Source: an uncultured candidatus Porisulfidus sp. (GTDB lineage Bacteria > Pseudomonadota > Gammaproteobacteria > Poriferisulfidales > Oxydemutatoraceae). Taken from it: DNA of 64,000 nucleotides. The DNA is taken from assembly GCA_963693105.1 (NCBI GenBank), contig OY843752.1:234623-298622 (forward strand), given 5' to 3'. Of this stretch, positions 47,530 to 57,435 are shown piece by piece. How positions within the stretch are numbered: the first letter of the stretch is position 1; every line of letters begins with the position of its first letter. The notes under the pieces are model-generated. The model was not told the origin of the DNA. It ran no database searches and saw only the letters and a program-made list of their open reading frames with translations. The translations under genes were made by a program, and so were the position numbers.

Positions 47530-48549
47530 CTAGTTCGATTGCGACAGTTTGACCGGGTGGATAAACAGGCAGTCGTCCGGAAAATTATCCAGCAAACTGT
47601 CCAGCCCTTCATCATCCACCCGGGCGCGCACCGCCTCCCAGGCCCGGCCCGGCCAGCGGTATCTGCCGCGCCGCGCAATGTGGTCGTGCGTGTTGATTTT
47701 TTTGCATGACAGCGCCAGCGCGCTCGGCAAGGCGATGGCGACGAACAAACGGCGCGCGGCAAACACTTCGCAATAGCGGCAAAATTCGCGTATGCAGCCG
47801 GCCGGCACGACCGCGATGTCTGCATACCCGCCGACCAGCGGGTAAGGCAGTTTTCTCTTGCCGGCGGGCCAGGCCAGCACCCGCCGCAACCGCCACAGCA
47901 CGAGTTTCAACCACTCATGCAGCAGCACCCGTTTTTCCGCGAAAGAAGCCGCGGGGTGAACATAATAGCCATGCGACAGCAACAACCGGTTGAAGGATAC
48001 GGGCCGGATGTCCAACCCGTGCGCGCCGAGTCTCTTCAAGGATTCCGCGTACTCCGGCAGCGCATCGACACTGGCCGGGAAGGCATACGCTTCGGGACCG
48101 TAGATCCACTCCGGGCGCTGGTGCAGCGTGTAAAAGTCCGACAAAAAAGCGGTGTCCGCCTCGTGCAATTCGAAGTAGTCGCGGAAATTGTTTTCATCTA
48201 TCGCGGGGTTCAGGACCAAGTCGTCGTGGATGAAGAAGTAGTGCGTGTGTTCCTCGCGGAAATAATGCCGCAAGCCCTGCGCGATCCATCCTTCAAAGTC
48301 AAAAGAGCGGCCCTGAACGGCGATTACATTGGCGCCGATTTCATCCGCCACCGGCGCAAAACCGGGCATCACCGGCACCAGATGCCAGATATGGGAAAAC
48401 CGCTTGCCATAGAGTTTCTCCAGCAGCGGAATGTTGTCGGCGTGTTGGTGGTGGTTGTAGATGATAACCAGCGCGACCTTTGCGCTCACGATGCCCGCCT
48501 CCTCGGTTTGATTGTGCTCATGGTTGGTTGGCTCCCCGGCCTGCGCCAT
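47530..48549 (-). CDS. Uncharacterised protein, tandem paralog B
   Basis: 339 aa. Lies 8 nt upstream of paralog A on the same strand. C-terminal extension ...LDNFPDDCLFIHPVKLSQSN. Function not recognised; any glycosyltransferase-like resemblance is speculative. Confidence 0.6.
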   Translation of the reverse strand: MAQAGEPTNHEHNQTEEAGIVSAKVALVIIYNHHQHADNIPLLEKLYGKRFSHIWHLVPVMPGFAPVADEIGANVIAVQGRSFDFEGWIAQGLRHYFREEHTHYFFIHDDLVLNPAIDENNFRDYFELHEADTAFLSDFYTLHQRPEWIYGPEAYAFPASVDALPEYAESLKRLGAHGLDIRPVSFNRLLLSHGYYVHPAASFAEKRVLLHEWLKLVLWRLRRVLAWPAGKRKLPYPLVGGYADIAVVPAGCIREFCRYCEVFAARRLFVAIALPSALALSCKKINTHDHIARRGRYRWPGRAWEAVRARVDDEGLDSLLDNFPDDCLFIHPVKLSQSN

Positions 48550-48822
48550 CAGAACATCGGCGGCTGTCGCGCCGCAGACCTCCTGAGTCCCGGGAGTTTA
48601 TCATCAACGGGCGGGTTTCAATGTGCGTTCGTCGGAAGCAATGTACCGGCGCTTCGCAATCTGGACGGTTGAACGCCACGGCGTACCCCGCAGGGCGAGT
48701 TCAGGCAAGCCATGCTCAAACTGAACGCCGGGACGGACGCCCGGGTTGCCAGAGTGTACGGTGAAATGAACACCGGGTTCGCCATGGTCTGAATATCCGG
48801 CCGGGCTGCCGGGGCGCGGTTC

Positions 48823-49010
48823 AGGGCGGCGCCGGCAGGGCGTCGAGGCAGTCGCGCCATTGGCGGCGGCGCAATCGCGGGCGACAGGGCGGGCGGGATG
48901 GGCGCGTTGCAATCAATCGTCGTCAGGCGGTGGGCGAGGCGGATGGTCTCGCTGTATTCGCGCACCAGCCCCTCGATGCGTTGCGCTCCGCGCATGTCCA
49001 GGTCGGCGAT
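48823..49010 (-). pseudogene. Duplicated 3'-terminal fragment of the 5'-3' exonuclease gene (with 59-bp internal deletion)
   Basis: 188 bp, near-identical to 49012-49258 except that GTAGCGGCTGAAACCCAGTTCGTCCGACAGACTTTCGAGGCGCTCCAGGTCCGCCGCC is missing. Reads ...IADLDMRGAQRIEGLVREYSETIRLAHRLTTIDCNAPIPPALSPAIA. Confidence 0.6.
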
Positions 49011-49957
49011 TAAGGCGGCGCCGGCAAGGCGTCGAGGCAGTCGCGCCATTGGCGGCGGCGGTAGCGGCTGAAACCCAGTTCGTCCGACAGACTTTCGAGG
49101 CGCTCCAGGTCCGCCGCCGCAATCGCGGGCGACAGGCCGGGCGGGATGGGCGCGTTGCAATCAATCGTCGTCAGGCGGTGGGCGAGGCGGATGGTCTCGC
49201 TGTATTCGCGCACCAGCCCCTCGATGCGTTGCGCTCCGCGCATGTCCAGGTCGGCGATTTCGGCGACCCGGTCGAGCAGGTCGCCGACCGAGCCGAAGTG
49301 CTTCAACAGCCGCGCCGCCGTCACCGGGCCGACGCCGGGCACGCCGGGGATGTTGTCCACGCGGTCGCCGGTGATGGCGAGCAGGTCGGACATCTGCTCC
49401 GGGCGCACGCCGAAGCGCTCCGTCGCGGCGGCGTAATCGAATTCATCGCGCTTCGGATAATCCCACCAGGCGTCGTCTTCGCGTATCAGTTGCACGAGGT
49501 CCTTGTCGCCGCTGACGATGACGACGGAATCGCCGCGCGCCCTGGCGCGGCTCGCCAGCGCGCCAATCAGGTCGTCCGCCTCGTAGTGGCTGCTGGCCAG
49601 CTCGCTGATGCCGAGCGCGCCGACCAGCGCGCGGCAATGGCGGAATTGCGCCTTCAATTCCTCCGGCGCCGGCTCCCGGTTGGCCTTGTAGGGCGGATAA
49701 ATCTCGTTGCGGTGGGAGGTCTCAAGACTCTCGTCAAAAGCGAACACGATATGGCGCGGCGTTGTCCGCCGCAGAAAACGCATGACGAAATCAAAAAACC
49801 CGTAGATTGCGTTGGCGCTGCGTCCGCGGCTGTCGGTCAGCGTGTCCGGCAGCGAGAACCAGGCGCGAAAAACGTAGATGCTGGCGTCTATCAGATAAAC
49901 CCGCGCGCGCCCGGATCGATGGCCGGATGCGCCGCCGTGCCGGTCGCGCCGCGTCAC
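49010..49957 (-). CDS. 5'-3' exonuclease / flap endonuclease (PIN plus H3TH, Xni/ExoIX-like)
   Basis: 315 aa. Motifs: VYLIDASIYVFRAWFSLP, VVIVSGDKDLVQL and ITGDRVDNIPGVPGVGPVTAARLLKHFGSV. Start overlaps the stop of the upstream M48 gene by 4 nt. Confidence 0.85.
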   Translation of the reverse strand: MTRRDRHGGASGHRSGRARVYLIDASIYVFRAWFSLPDTLTDSRGRSANAIYGFFDFVMRFLRRTTPRHIVFAFDESLETSHRNEIYPPYKANREPAPEELKAQFRHCRALVGALGISELASSHYEADDLIGALASRARARGDSVVIVSGDKDLVQLIREDDAWWDYPKRDEFDYAAATERFGVRPEQMSDLLAITGDRVDNIPGVPGVGPVTAARLLKHFGSVGDLLDRVAEIADLDMRGAQRIEGLVREYSETIRLAHRLTTIDCNAPIPPGLSPAIAAADLERLESLSDELGFSRYRRRQWRDCLDALPAPP

Positions 49958-51459
49958 TTCAGGACTTTAAGCAGACGCCCGGCCTGCGGCTCGCCATCGG
50001 GATAGAGGTTGTTCAGCAGGCGGATTTTCTCGGCGGCGTGTTCGTTCAACGGCGAGGCGGCGGCAAAGCCCGCGATGGTGTCGCCCTCTTTCACGCGCAC
50101 CAGTTCAATGACGCGCGGCTCGGCCAGTTTTTCCTCTTCGGGTTTCAGGGCGCGCAGGCTTTTCATCGCGGCCAGAAAATCCGCGTCGCGGCTTTCAAAC
50201 GCATCCGCGTCTTTGCAGGCGCCGACAAACTGATACACCCGCTTGTCCTTGAACACGGCGGCGATGCGTGTCAGTCTCTTGCCATAGGGCGTTTGCGTCT
50301 CGGCGCGCGCGGTGTATCCCTCCAGCGCGCCGTCCAGCGGCGCCGTCTGCTCCAGGCCGCGCGGGAAATGCCTGCGCAGATGTTTCTCCGCGCTCTCTTT
50401 GCGGTTGCGGTCGCGCAACGTCATCACAATCACCGCATCGTTTTCGCGGGTGCGCGCCTGGAGGCGGTCGGGAAGGTTCTCGATAATCCAGCCGCGCGGA
50501 AAAGACAACGCGATGTCGAGCGGCCCGTGGTAGAAATGCGAGCCGCGTACCGTCCCCTGCTTCGCGGAAGCGTCGTACACCAGGCCCTTCAGTCTCTGCA
50601 GGAAAGCCTCGGGGGACTCTTCAATCAAACCGGCGCTTGTCAGCGACTCGCTCTCGCGGACGGCTTCCTGCAGGCGCTTGTCGTTCTTCGGGTGGGTTGC
50701 GAAAAGACCGTGATAAACCGATGGCGGACGGTTTTCCTCGCTGGCGCGCTGCTTCTCGTATTCTTCCTGCGCTTTCAGCACACTCAGCACTTCGATCATT
50801 TTCTGCGGCTGGTAGCCGGCGTTGGCGATATAGCGGGCGCCGAGGCGATCCGCCTCCAGTTCGGCTGCGCGCCCGTAGCCCCTGACAATCGCGGTGTTGA
50901 TAAAGCCGGTCAGGTTGCGCCAGTCGGAGCCGGCGCCGGTGGCCAGAATCGCGGCTTCCGCAAACAGCGACAGCAGCGTTGATTTGGCGTGCTGGCGAAC
51001 GCCGTGGCGCGCCGTGACGTGGCCAATCTCGTGCGCCAGCACCGCTGCCAGCTCGCTTTCCGCATTCAGGTGGACGAGCAATCCGCGCGTGATGTAGATG
51101 TAGCCGCCGGGCAGCGCAAACGCATTGATTACCGGCGAATCCAGCACCATGAAGTGATAGATCAGTTCGGGGCGGTGGCTTTTGGCGGCGAGGCCCTCGC
51201 CGAGTTGCGTGACATAAGCCGCGAGTTCCGCGTCTTCGTAGGGGCCGCCGTACTGGTTCGGCAGCACTTTGCTCAGGCGCCGCCCAATCTCCAGTTCCTC
51301 GTCTTCGCTCATCAGCACCAGTTCGGACTGGCCGCTGACCGGATTGGTCGCGCAACCGGGCACAAAAAACACCGCGGGCAGCGCGGCGGCAAACGCAAAC
51401 AAAAACCGCGCGCACAGCGTTCGGATTGACAGGTGGTTTGCGGGCGCAGAGGAATTCAT
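49954..51459 (-). CDS. M48 family zinc metalloprotease, lipoprotein
   Basis: 501 aa. Lipobox FFVPGC, zinc motif LAHEIGHVTARH, and a possible LysM-like C-terminus (VRVKEGDTIAGFAA...LLNNLYPDGEPQAGRLLKV). Confidence 0.85.
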   Translation of the reverse strand: MNSSAPANHLSIRTLCARFLFAFAAALPAVFFVPGCATNPVSGQSELVLMSEDEELEIGRRLSKVLPNQYGGPYEDAELAAYVTQLGEGLAAKSHRPELIYHFMVLDSPVINAFALPGGYIYITRGLLVHLNAESELAAVLAHEIGHVTARHGVRQHAKSTLLSLFAEAAILATGAGSDWRNLTGFINTAIVRGYGRAAELEADRLGARYIANAGYQPQKMIEVLSVLKAQEEYEKQRASEENRPPSVYHGLFATHPKNDKRLQEAVRESESLTSAGLIEESPEAFLQRLKGLVYDASAKQGTVRGSHFYHGPLDIALSFPRGWIIENLPDRLQARTRENDAVIVMTLRDRNRKESAEKHLRRHFPRGLEQTAPLDGALEGYTARAETQTPYGKRLTRIAAVFKDKRVYQFVGACKDADAFESRDADFLAAMKSLRALKPEEEKLAEPRVIELVRVKEGDTIAGFAAASPLNEHAAEKIRLLNNLYPDGEPQAGRLLKVLK

Positions 51460-51502
51460 CAGGACAACGAGGGCGCGGCCTGCGTCACGCCCGCAGCGGC
51501 GC

Positions 51503-51733
51503 TCAGGTCTGCGCCGGGTCCGGGCTTTTCTTTTTGCCGTAGCGGCGGCGGAATTTGTCCACCTGGCCTGCGCTTTCGAGGATTTTCTGCTTGCCGGTAT
51601 AGAACGGGTGGCAACGGGCGCAGACTTCCAGCGACAATTGCTCGCCGGAATACGTCGAATAGACCGTAAAACGGTGGCCGCAACTGCAAACCGCGTTGAC
51701 TTCGTGGTAATCGGGGTGGATATCTGCTTTCAT
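51503..51733 (-). CDS. rpmE: 50S ribosomal protein L31
   Basis: From ATG 51733, preceded by GGAGAAAT: MKADIHPDYHEVNAVCSCGHRFTVYSTYSGEQLSLEVCARCHPFYTGKQK. The 113-aa track ORF carries a spurious N-terminal extension. Confidence 0.9.
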   Translation of the reverse strand: MKADIHPDYHEVNAVCSCGHRFTVYSTYSGEQLSLEVCARCHPFYTGKQKILESAGQVDKFRRRYGKKKSPDPAQT

Positions 51734-51803
51734 TGGTTTTATTTCTCCGCGAGGGTGGCCATCATACCCAAAACACGACGGCACGACAATAACAGGATTG
51801 CGG

Positions 51804-51825
51804 CTGTGGATAACTTTGTGGACAA
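51804..51825. promoter_or_regulatory. Pair of DnaA-box-like 9-mers upstream of rpmE (one perfect TTATCCACA)
   Basis: CTGTGGATAACTTTGTGGACAA lies 71 nt upstream of the rpmE ATG. On the gene strand it reads TTGTCCACA-AAG-TTATCCACA. A candidate core promoter, TTGTCG-17 nt-TATGAT, lies just downstream on the gene strand. Confidence 0.4.
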
Positions 51826-51922
51826 CATCGTTTCTCAGGCACAAAATGTTTGGCTTTCAAATAGATAGTCAAAACGATGCGTTGTTTTGCCCCCTCTCGC
51901 AGACTATTGATTTAGCGGCCAT

Positions 51923-53221
51923 TTATGGAGGGGTCGGATTGGCGGGAAGTTTCACCGGCGCGTTTGCGCCGGATGGCGGCGTGATTTTCGCGCTTTGTGC
52001 ATAACTACTCGTTGTCGCTGAATCAATGGGTTGCGTATCCGGCACAAACTCCTGAAGTATCTCGTCCAGAAAGCGGGCGCCAAGCGATGTGGCCGCATAA
52101 CGTGGATTCCCGGGAGCGCCGCGATGCTCGATCAGACCGCGCCGAATCAGCGGCGCAAGGCGCCGGCTCAGCAGGCCGGCGTCGAGGCCGGTGCGCCGGT
52201 GAAACAATGAGGTCTCGAAGCCGTCCGTCAGGCGAAGCCCGTTCAGCAGAAACTCGAAAAGCAGGTCGGCGCCCGCGACCGGGCGCCTCTCGACGCAGCA
52301 GCGCCCGGTGCGCGCCCGCTCCATGTAGCGCGAGGGCCGGCGGTGCTTGCGGGTGCGCACGACCTCGCCTGAATCCGCGTGCGTCCATTTTCCGTGGGCG
52401 CCGGCGCCGATGCCGAGGTAATCACCAAAGCGCCAGTAATTCAGATTGTGCCGGCATTTCTTTTTCAGCGCATACGCGGAAACTTCGTACTGGCGATAAC
52501 CACGCTCGCGCAGCAACGCCATCGCCGCCTGCTGCAAATGCCATACGGTTTCATCGTCCGGCAGCGCGGGCGGGCGGGCGTAAAACAACGTGTTCGGTTC
52601 TATCGTCAGTTGGTACCAGGAAATGTGCTCCGGCGCCAGCGCCAGCGCCCGGCGGACATCGGCCAGGCCCTGCGCGGGCGTCTGCCCCGGCAGACCGAAC
52701 ATCAAGTCCAGGTTGATGTTGTCGAAGCCAGCGCGGCGGACGGCGGCGACCGTTTGCAGAATATCGGCGCTGCTGTGCGCGCGCCCGAGGCGGGCCAGCA
52801 TCGTGTCGTCGAAGCTCTGGGCGCCGAGCGACAGGCGATTGACGCCGGCTTCGCGAAAGCCCCGGAAGTCGGCCTGTCCGACTCCGGGATTGGCTTCGAG
52901 CGTGATTTCACAAGACGGCGCAAACGGGACGAGGGCGCGAACCTCGCGCAGCAGTCTTGCAATCGAGGCCGCGCTGAACAGGCTGGGCGTGCCGCCGCCG
53001 ATGAAGACGCTGCAAAAGCGCCGCCCCCGGACGCAGTCCGGGTCGGCGGCAAGGTCGGAGGCGAGGTCGGCGATGAGCGCCCCGGTATAAGCGTGCTCAT
53101 CGAGCGGCGCCGTCAGCGCGTGTGAATTGAAGTCGCAATACGGGCACTTCGACAAACACCACGGCAGATGCACATAAAGCGCAAGCGGCGGCGCCACCGG
53201 CGTTTCAGCAGACCGCGGCAC
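51923..53221 (-). CDS. hemW: Radical SAM heme chaperone HemW (coproporphyrinogen III oxidase-like)
   Basis: 432 aa. Motifs: LYVHLPWCLSKCPYCDFNS, VFIGGGTPS, NRLSLGAQSF and NLDLMFGLPGQT. Confidence 0.85.
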   Translation of the reverse strand: MPRSAETPVAPPLALYVHLPWCLSKCPYCDFNSHALTAPLDEHAYTGALIADLASDLAADPDCVRGRRFCSVFIGGGTPSLFSAASIARLLREVRALVPFAPSCEITLEANPGVGQADFRGFREAGVNRLSLGAQSFDDTMLARLGRAHSSADILQTVAAVRRAGFDNINLDLMFGLPGQTPAQGLADVRRALALAPEHISWYQLTIEPNTLFYARPPALPDDETVWHLQQAAMALLRERGYRQYEVSAYALKKKCRHNLNYWRFGDYLGIGAGAHGKWTHADSGEVVRTRKHRRPSRYMERARTGRCCVERRPVAGADLLFEFLLNGLRLTDGFETSLFHRRTGLDAGLLSRRLAPLIRRGLIEHRGAPGNPRYAATSLGARFLDEILQEFVPDTQPIDSATTSSYAQSAKITPPSGANAPVKLPANPTPP

Positions 53222-53818
53222 CGGACAACGCCTGCATCTGTGCGCGCAGTTCGCCGAAGGCGCGCGCGCGGTGGCTGATCTCGTTCTTTACCGCGGGCGG
53301 CAGTTGCGCCGCGGTGCAGCGGTGTTGCGGCAGATAAAAAACCGGGTCGTAGCCGAAGCCTTTGTCGCCGCGCGGCTGGCGCGTGATGCGCCCGTGCCAG
53401 CGGGCTTCGGCGACGACCGGCCGCGGGTCGTCGGCGGCGCGCAGCCAGACCGCGGCGCAATGAAAGCGCGCGCTCAGGGCGGCGTCGGGAAAGGCGCGCA
53501 GTTCGGCCAGGAGTTTCGCCAGATTGCGCGCATCGTCGGCATCGGCGCCTGCGTAACGCGCCGAGCGGATGCCCGGCGCCCCGTCCAGCGCATCCACCTC
53601 AAGACCCGAATCGTCGGCAATCGCCGCAAAGCCGGTCTGCCGGCAAACATGGCGCGCCTTGAGCAATGCGTTTTCGACAAAACTCGAGCCGGTTTCCTCG
53701 GGGCTTTCGAGGCCGAAATCAGACTGTGGGCGCAGGCCAAACGGCAGGCCGCGCAGAATCGCCTGCAACTCCCGGAGTTTGCCCCGGTTGCCGCTGGCGA
53801 CGACGACAAAGCACGCGC

Positions 53819-53822
<4 letters not shown>
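53205..53822 (-). CDS. rdgB: dITP/XTP pyrophosphatase (RdgB/HAM1 family)
   Basis: 205 aa. Motifs: [44 protein letters not shown] and NEISHRARA. Confidence 0.9.
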
Positions 53823-54544
<722 letters not shown>

Positions 54545-54578
54545 TCTGAAGTTCCAGGCGAAAGGTATTATAAGGCCG

Positions 54579-55529
54579 ATGGACGAAACAGTTTTTATGA
54601 AGCGCAAACACGGGATTTCTTTCATGACATTCGGCGGCGGCGGCGCAAAGTATCGCTGCGCGGCCCGGCGTATCTGCCGTGAAGCGGAGCGATTCGGTCT
54701 GTTCGACCGGATAACCGGGCACACCGACAAAGACCTCGAGCGCGATTTTCGCGGCTTCTGGAAGGAGCACGGCGCCTTCATCAAAGCCAACCGGCGGCGC
54801 GGCTACGGCTGCTGGCTGTGGAAGCCGTTCCTGATACTGCATCATCTGAAAGAAATGCACAACGATGACATCCTGCTCTATGCGGACGCCGGATGCGAGC
54901 TCAATCCTTACGGCAGACAACGGCTGATTGAATACCTTGAGATGGCCGCGGAACATTCCATTGTTACCTCCAAAACGCATTGCCCGCTGACGGTTTTGAC
55001 CAAGATGGACACCATCGTGCGGCTGGATCCCGAATTGCGGCACATCGCCCGGTTCCAGCATCAGGCGAACTTCATCCTGATCAAAAAAACCGGGGATACG
55101 GTCGGTCTGGCGGAAGAATGGTTTGCCATAAGCACGGAGAACAACTACCGCTATCTGGATGACTCGGAATCGGTTGCGCCCAACGACAGGCGTTATGCCG
55201 AACATGCCCACGACCAGGCCATTCTGACCTTGCTGCTGATAGAACACGGACTGGATTTTTCCGTCCGTTTTGAGGAAATGCTGGACATTTATCAATCCGC
55301 TTTGCCGTCACATCGCCGGCATATTGCAGGCACTCAATATCCCATCTGGGCTTCCCGGCATAGAACCGGCGTTGTTTCGCCCCAAATGCAGCGGTTGAGA
55401 ATTGCCAAAGCCGAAGGCCTGCTGAAGAAAGCCCTGCTGTGCCCTGAATATGCAGTGGCGCATTTCAGCATACAGAACCTCAGGTCAGTGGCCGGCCGCA
55501 CCCTGCGCCGGCTGGGTCTTCGTCAATAG
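54579..55529 (+). CDS. Uncharacterised protein (start uncertain; MKRKHG at 54597 is possible)
   Basis: 316-aa ORF that looks lower in GC than its neighbours. Motifs such as [22 protein letters not shown] and [12 protein letters not shown]...[10 protein letters not shown] faintly recall nucleotide-sugar transferase-like families. Not recognised with confidence. Confidence 0.55.
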   Translation: MDETVFMKRKHGISFMTFGGGGAKYRCAARRICREAERFGLFDRITGHTDKDLERDFRGFWKEHGAFIKANRRRGYGCWLWKPFLILHHLKEMHNDDILLYADAGCELNPYGRQRLIEYLEMAAEHSIVTSKTHCPLTVLTKMDTIVRLDPELRHIARFQHQANFILIKKTGDTVGLAEEWFAISTENNYRYLDDSESVAPNDRRYAEHAHDQAILTLLLIEHGLDFSVRFEEMLDIYQSALPSHRRHIAGTQYPIWASRHRTGVVSPQMQRLRIAKAEGLLKKALLCPEYAVAHFSIQNLRSVAGRTLRRLGLRQ

Positions 55530-55665
55530 CCGCCGCGCCGCCGCCCGGCCAGGCCGCCAGGCCCTGCCCAACGGGGACGCACCATCGGCATCCGGCGGGG
55601 CATGCGGGCAGCCGCGATGCGCCGGGATACCCCTGAAAACCGCGCCGGGTCGCCCATTCGCGGGT

Positions 55666-55680
55666 TGGCACGATTCTTGT
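55666..55680 (+). promoter_or_regulatory. Sigma54 (-24/-12) promoter of glnK-amtB
   Basis: TGGCAC-GATTC-TTGT at 55666-55680, about 50 nt upstream of the glnK ATG (consensus TGGCAC-N5-TTGC). This is the context expected for NtrC-controlled glnK-amtB. Confidence 0.55.
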
Positions 55681-55725
55681 TTATTACATGGTGGGGAGGC
55701 GATTCGATGCCGCCCGAAGGAGTAA

Positions 55726-56067
<342 letters not shown>

Positions 56068-56085
56068 CACAGGAGAAAAAGAGAA

Positions 56086-57366
56086 ATGAAAAAATTACTG
56101 GTTATTTTGTGGGGCACGATTCTGCCGGTCGCGGCGGCGGCCCAGGAAATCGACACGGGCGACACCGCCTGGATACTGACCTCGACCGCGCTGGTGCTGT
56201 TCATGACCATCCCCGGCTTGTCGCTGTTCTATGCCGGCCTGGTGCGCGCCAAAAACGTGCTGTCGGTGCTGATGCAGTGCTTTACCATCACCTGTCTGGC
56301 CTCGATTGTCTGGCTGATTTACGGTTACAGCCTGTCGTTCACGGACGGCGGCAGCGTCAACGCCTGGATCGGGGGGCTGGACAAGGCCTGGCTTGCCGGC
56401 ATCGGGCGTGACACGCTTTCCGGCACGCTGCCGGAGACGGTTTTCGTGATGTTTCAGTTGACGTTCGCGATCATCACGCCGGCATTGATTGTCGGCGGCT
56501 TCGCCGAACGCATCAAGTATTCCTCGATGCTGCTGTTCAGCCTGTTGTGGCTGACCGTGGTTTATTTTCCGGTATGCCACTGGGTGTGGGGCGGCGGCTG
56601 GCTTGGCGAAGCGGGCCTGCTCGACTTTGCCGGCGGCACCGTGGTTCACATCACCGCCGGGGTCGGCGCGCTGGTCGCCGCGCTGGTTCTGAAAGAGAGA
56701 AAAGGATTTCCCGCCACGCCGATGCCTCCGCACAACCTGACGCTGACGGTGACGGGCGCCGGTATGCTGTGGGTCGGCTGGTTCGGATTCAACGCCGGCA
56801 GCGCGGTCGCTTCCAACGGCGACGCCGGCATGGCGATGCTGGTCACGCACATCAGCGCCGCGGCGGCGTCACTGACGTGGGCCGCGCTGGAATGGGTGCG
56901 CCACGGCAAGCCGAGTGTTCTCGGCATCGTCACCGGCATGGTGGCGGGCCTCGGCACGATCACTCCGGCGTCGGGCTTCGTCGGCCCGCTGGGCGCGTTG
57001 ATTATCGGCGTCAGCGCCGGCACCTTGTGCTTCATCGCGACCAACATGATCAAGCGCACCTTCAAGATTGACGACTCGCTGGACGTGTTCCCGGTACACG
57101 GCGTCGGCGGCGCGCTCGGCACCATTTTGTGCGGCGTGTTCGTCGCCGAGAGCTGGGGCGGCGCCGGTTACGCCGAAGGCATGACCATGGGCGGCCAGCT
57201 CGGCGTGCAGGTCATGGGCGTGGTCGCGGTCCTCGGATGGACGGCGGTCGCCACTTATATCGTGCTCAAGGTCGTGCAGATGTTGATCGGCCTGCGCGTG
57301 GACGAAGAGGAAGAAGCCGAAGGTCTCGACATCAATCAATACGACGAGAACGGTTACAACCTCTGA
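56086..57366 (+). CDS. amtB: Ammonium transporter
   Basis: 426 aa and multi-pass. Motifs: DTAWILTSTALVLFMTIPGLSLFYAGL, DFAGGTVVHITAGVGALVAAL, WFGFNAGS and DDSLDVFPVHGVGGALG. Confidence 0.9.
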   Translation: MKKLLVILWGTILPVAAAAQEIDTGDTAWILTSTALVLFMTIPGLSLFYAGLVRAKNVLSVLMQCFTITCLASIVWLIYGYSLSFTDGGSVNAWIGGLDKAWLAGIGRDTLSGTLPETVFVMFQLTFAIITPALIVGGFAERIKYSSMLLFSLLWLTVVYFPVCHWVWGGGWLGEAGLLDFAGGTVVHITAGVGALVAALVLKERKGFPATPMPPHNLTLTVTGAGMLWVGWFGFNAGSAVASNGDAGMAMLVTHISAAAASLTWAALEWVRHGKPSVLGIVTGMVAGLGTITPASGFVGPLGALIIGVSAGTLCFIATNMIKRTFKIDDSLDVFPVHGVGGALGTILCGVFVAESWGGAGYAEGMTMGGQLGVQVMGVVAVLGWTAVATYIVLKVVQMLIGLRVDEEEEAEGLDINQYDENGYNL

Positions 57367-57384
57367 CGACAACACCAGTCCGCG

Positions 57385-57408
57385 CCGCGCCCCGGCAGCG
57401 GGGCGCGG
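57385..57408. terminator. GC-rich hairpin between convergent amtB and the methyltransferase gene
   Basis: CCGCGCCCC (57385-57393), 6-nt loop, GGGGCGCGG (57400-57408). Only a weak T run (GGGTTTCG) follows. Confidence 0.35.
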
Positions 57409-57435
57409 CGGCGGGTTTCGATTGATTGCGGGTTG

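Noticed and set aside
44544-51825. Replication origin (oriC) on the basis of DnaA boxes, with hemE also in the window.
   Set aside because: There are only two pairs of boxes, 7 kb apart. No AT-rich unwinding element or box cluster was seen, no dnaA, dnaN or gidA lie nearby, and the intergenic regions around hemE are only a few nucleotides long.
55580-55610. NtrC binding sites upstream of the sigma54 promoter of glnK (for example GCACCATCGGCATCC).
   Set aside because: Only half-site-level resemblance to TGCACC-N5-GGTGCA, which is not enough to annotate.
57410-57425. Possible att-type direct repeat of the tRNA-Ser 3' end (GGGTTTCGATT versus GGGATTCGAAC) at the far end of the accessory patch.
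   Set aside because: Only about 8 of 11 positions match and the string is part of the terminator region. That is too short and too weak to call an island boundary.
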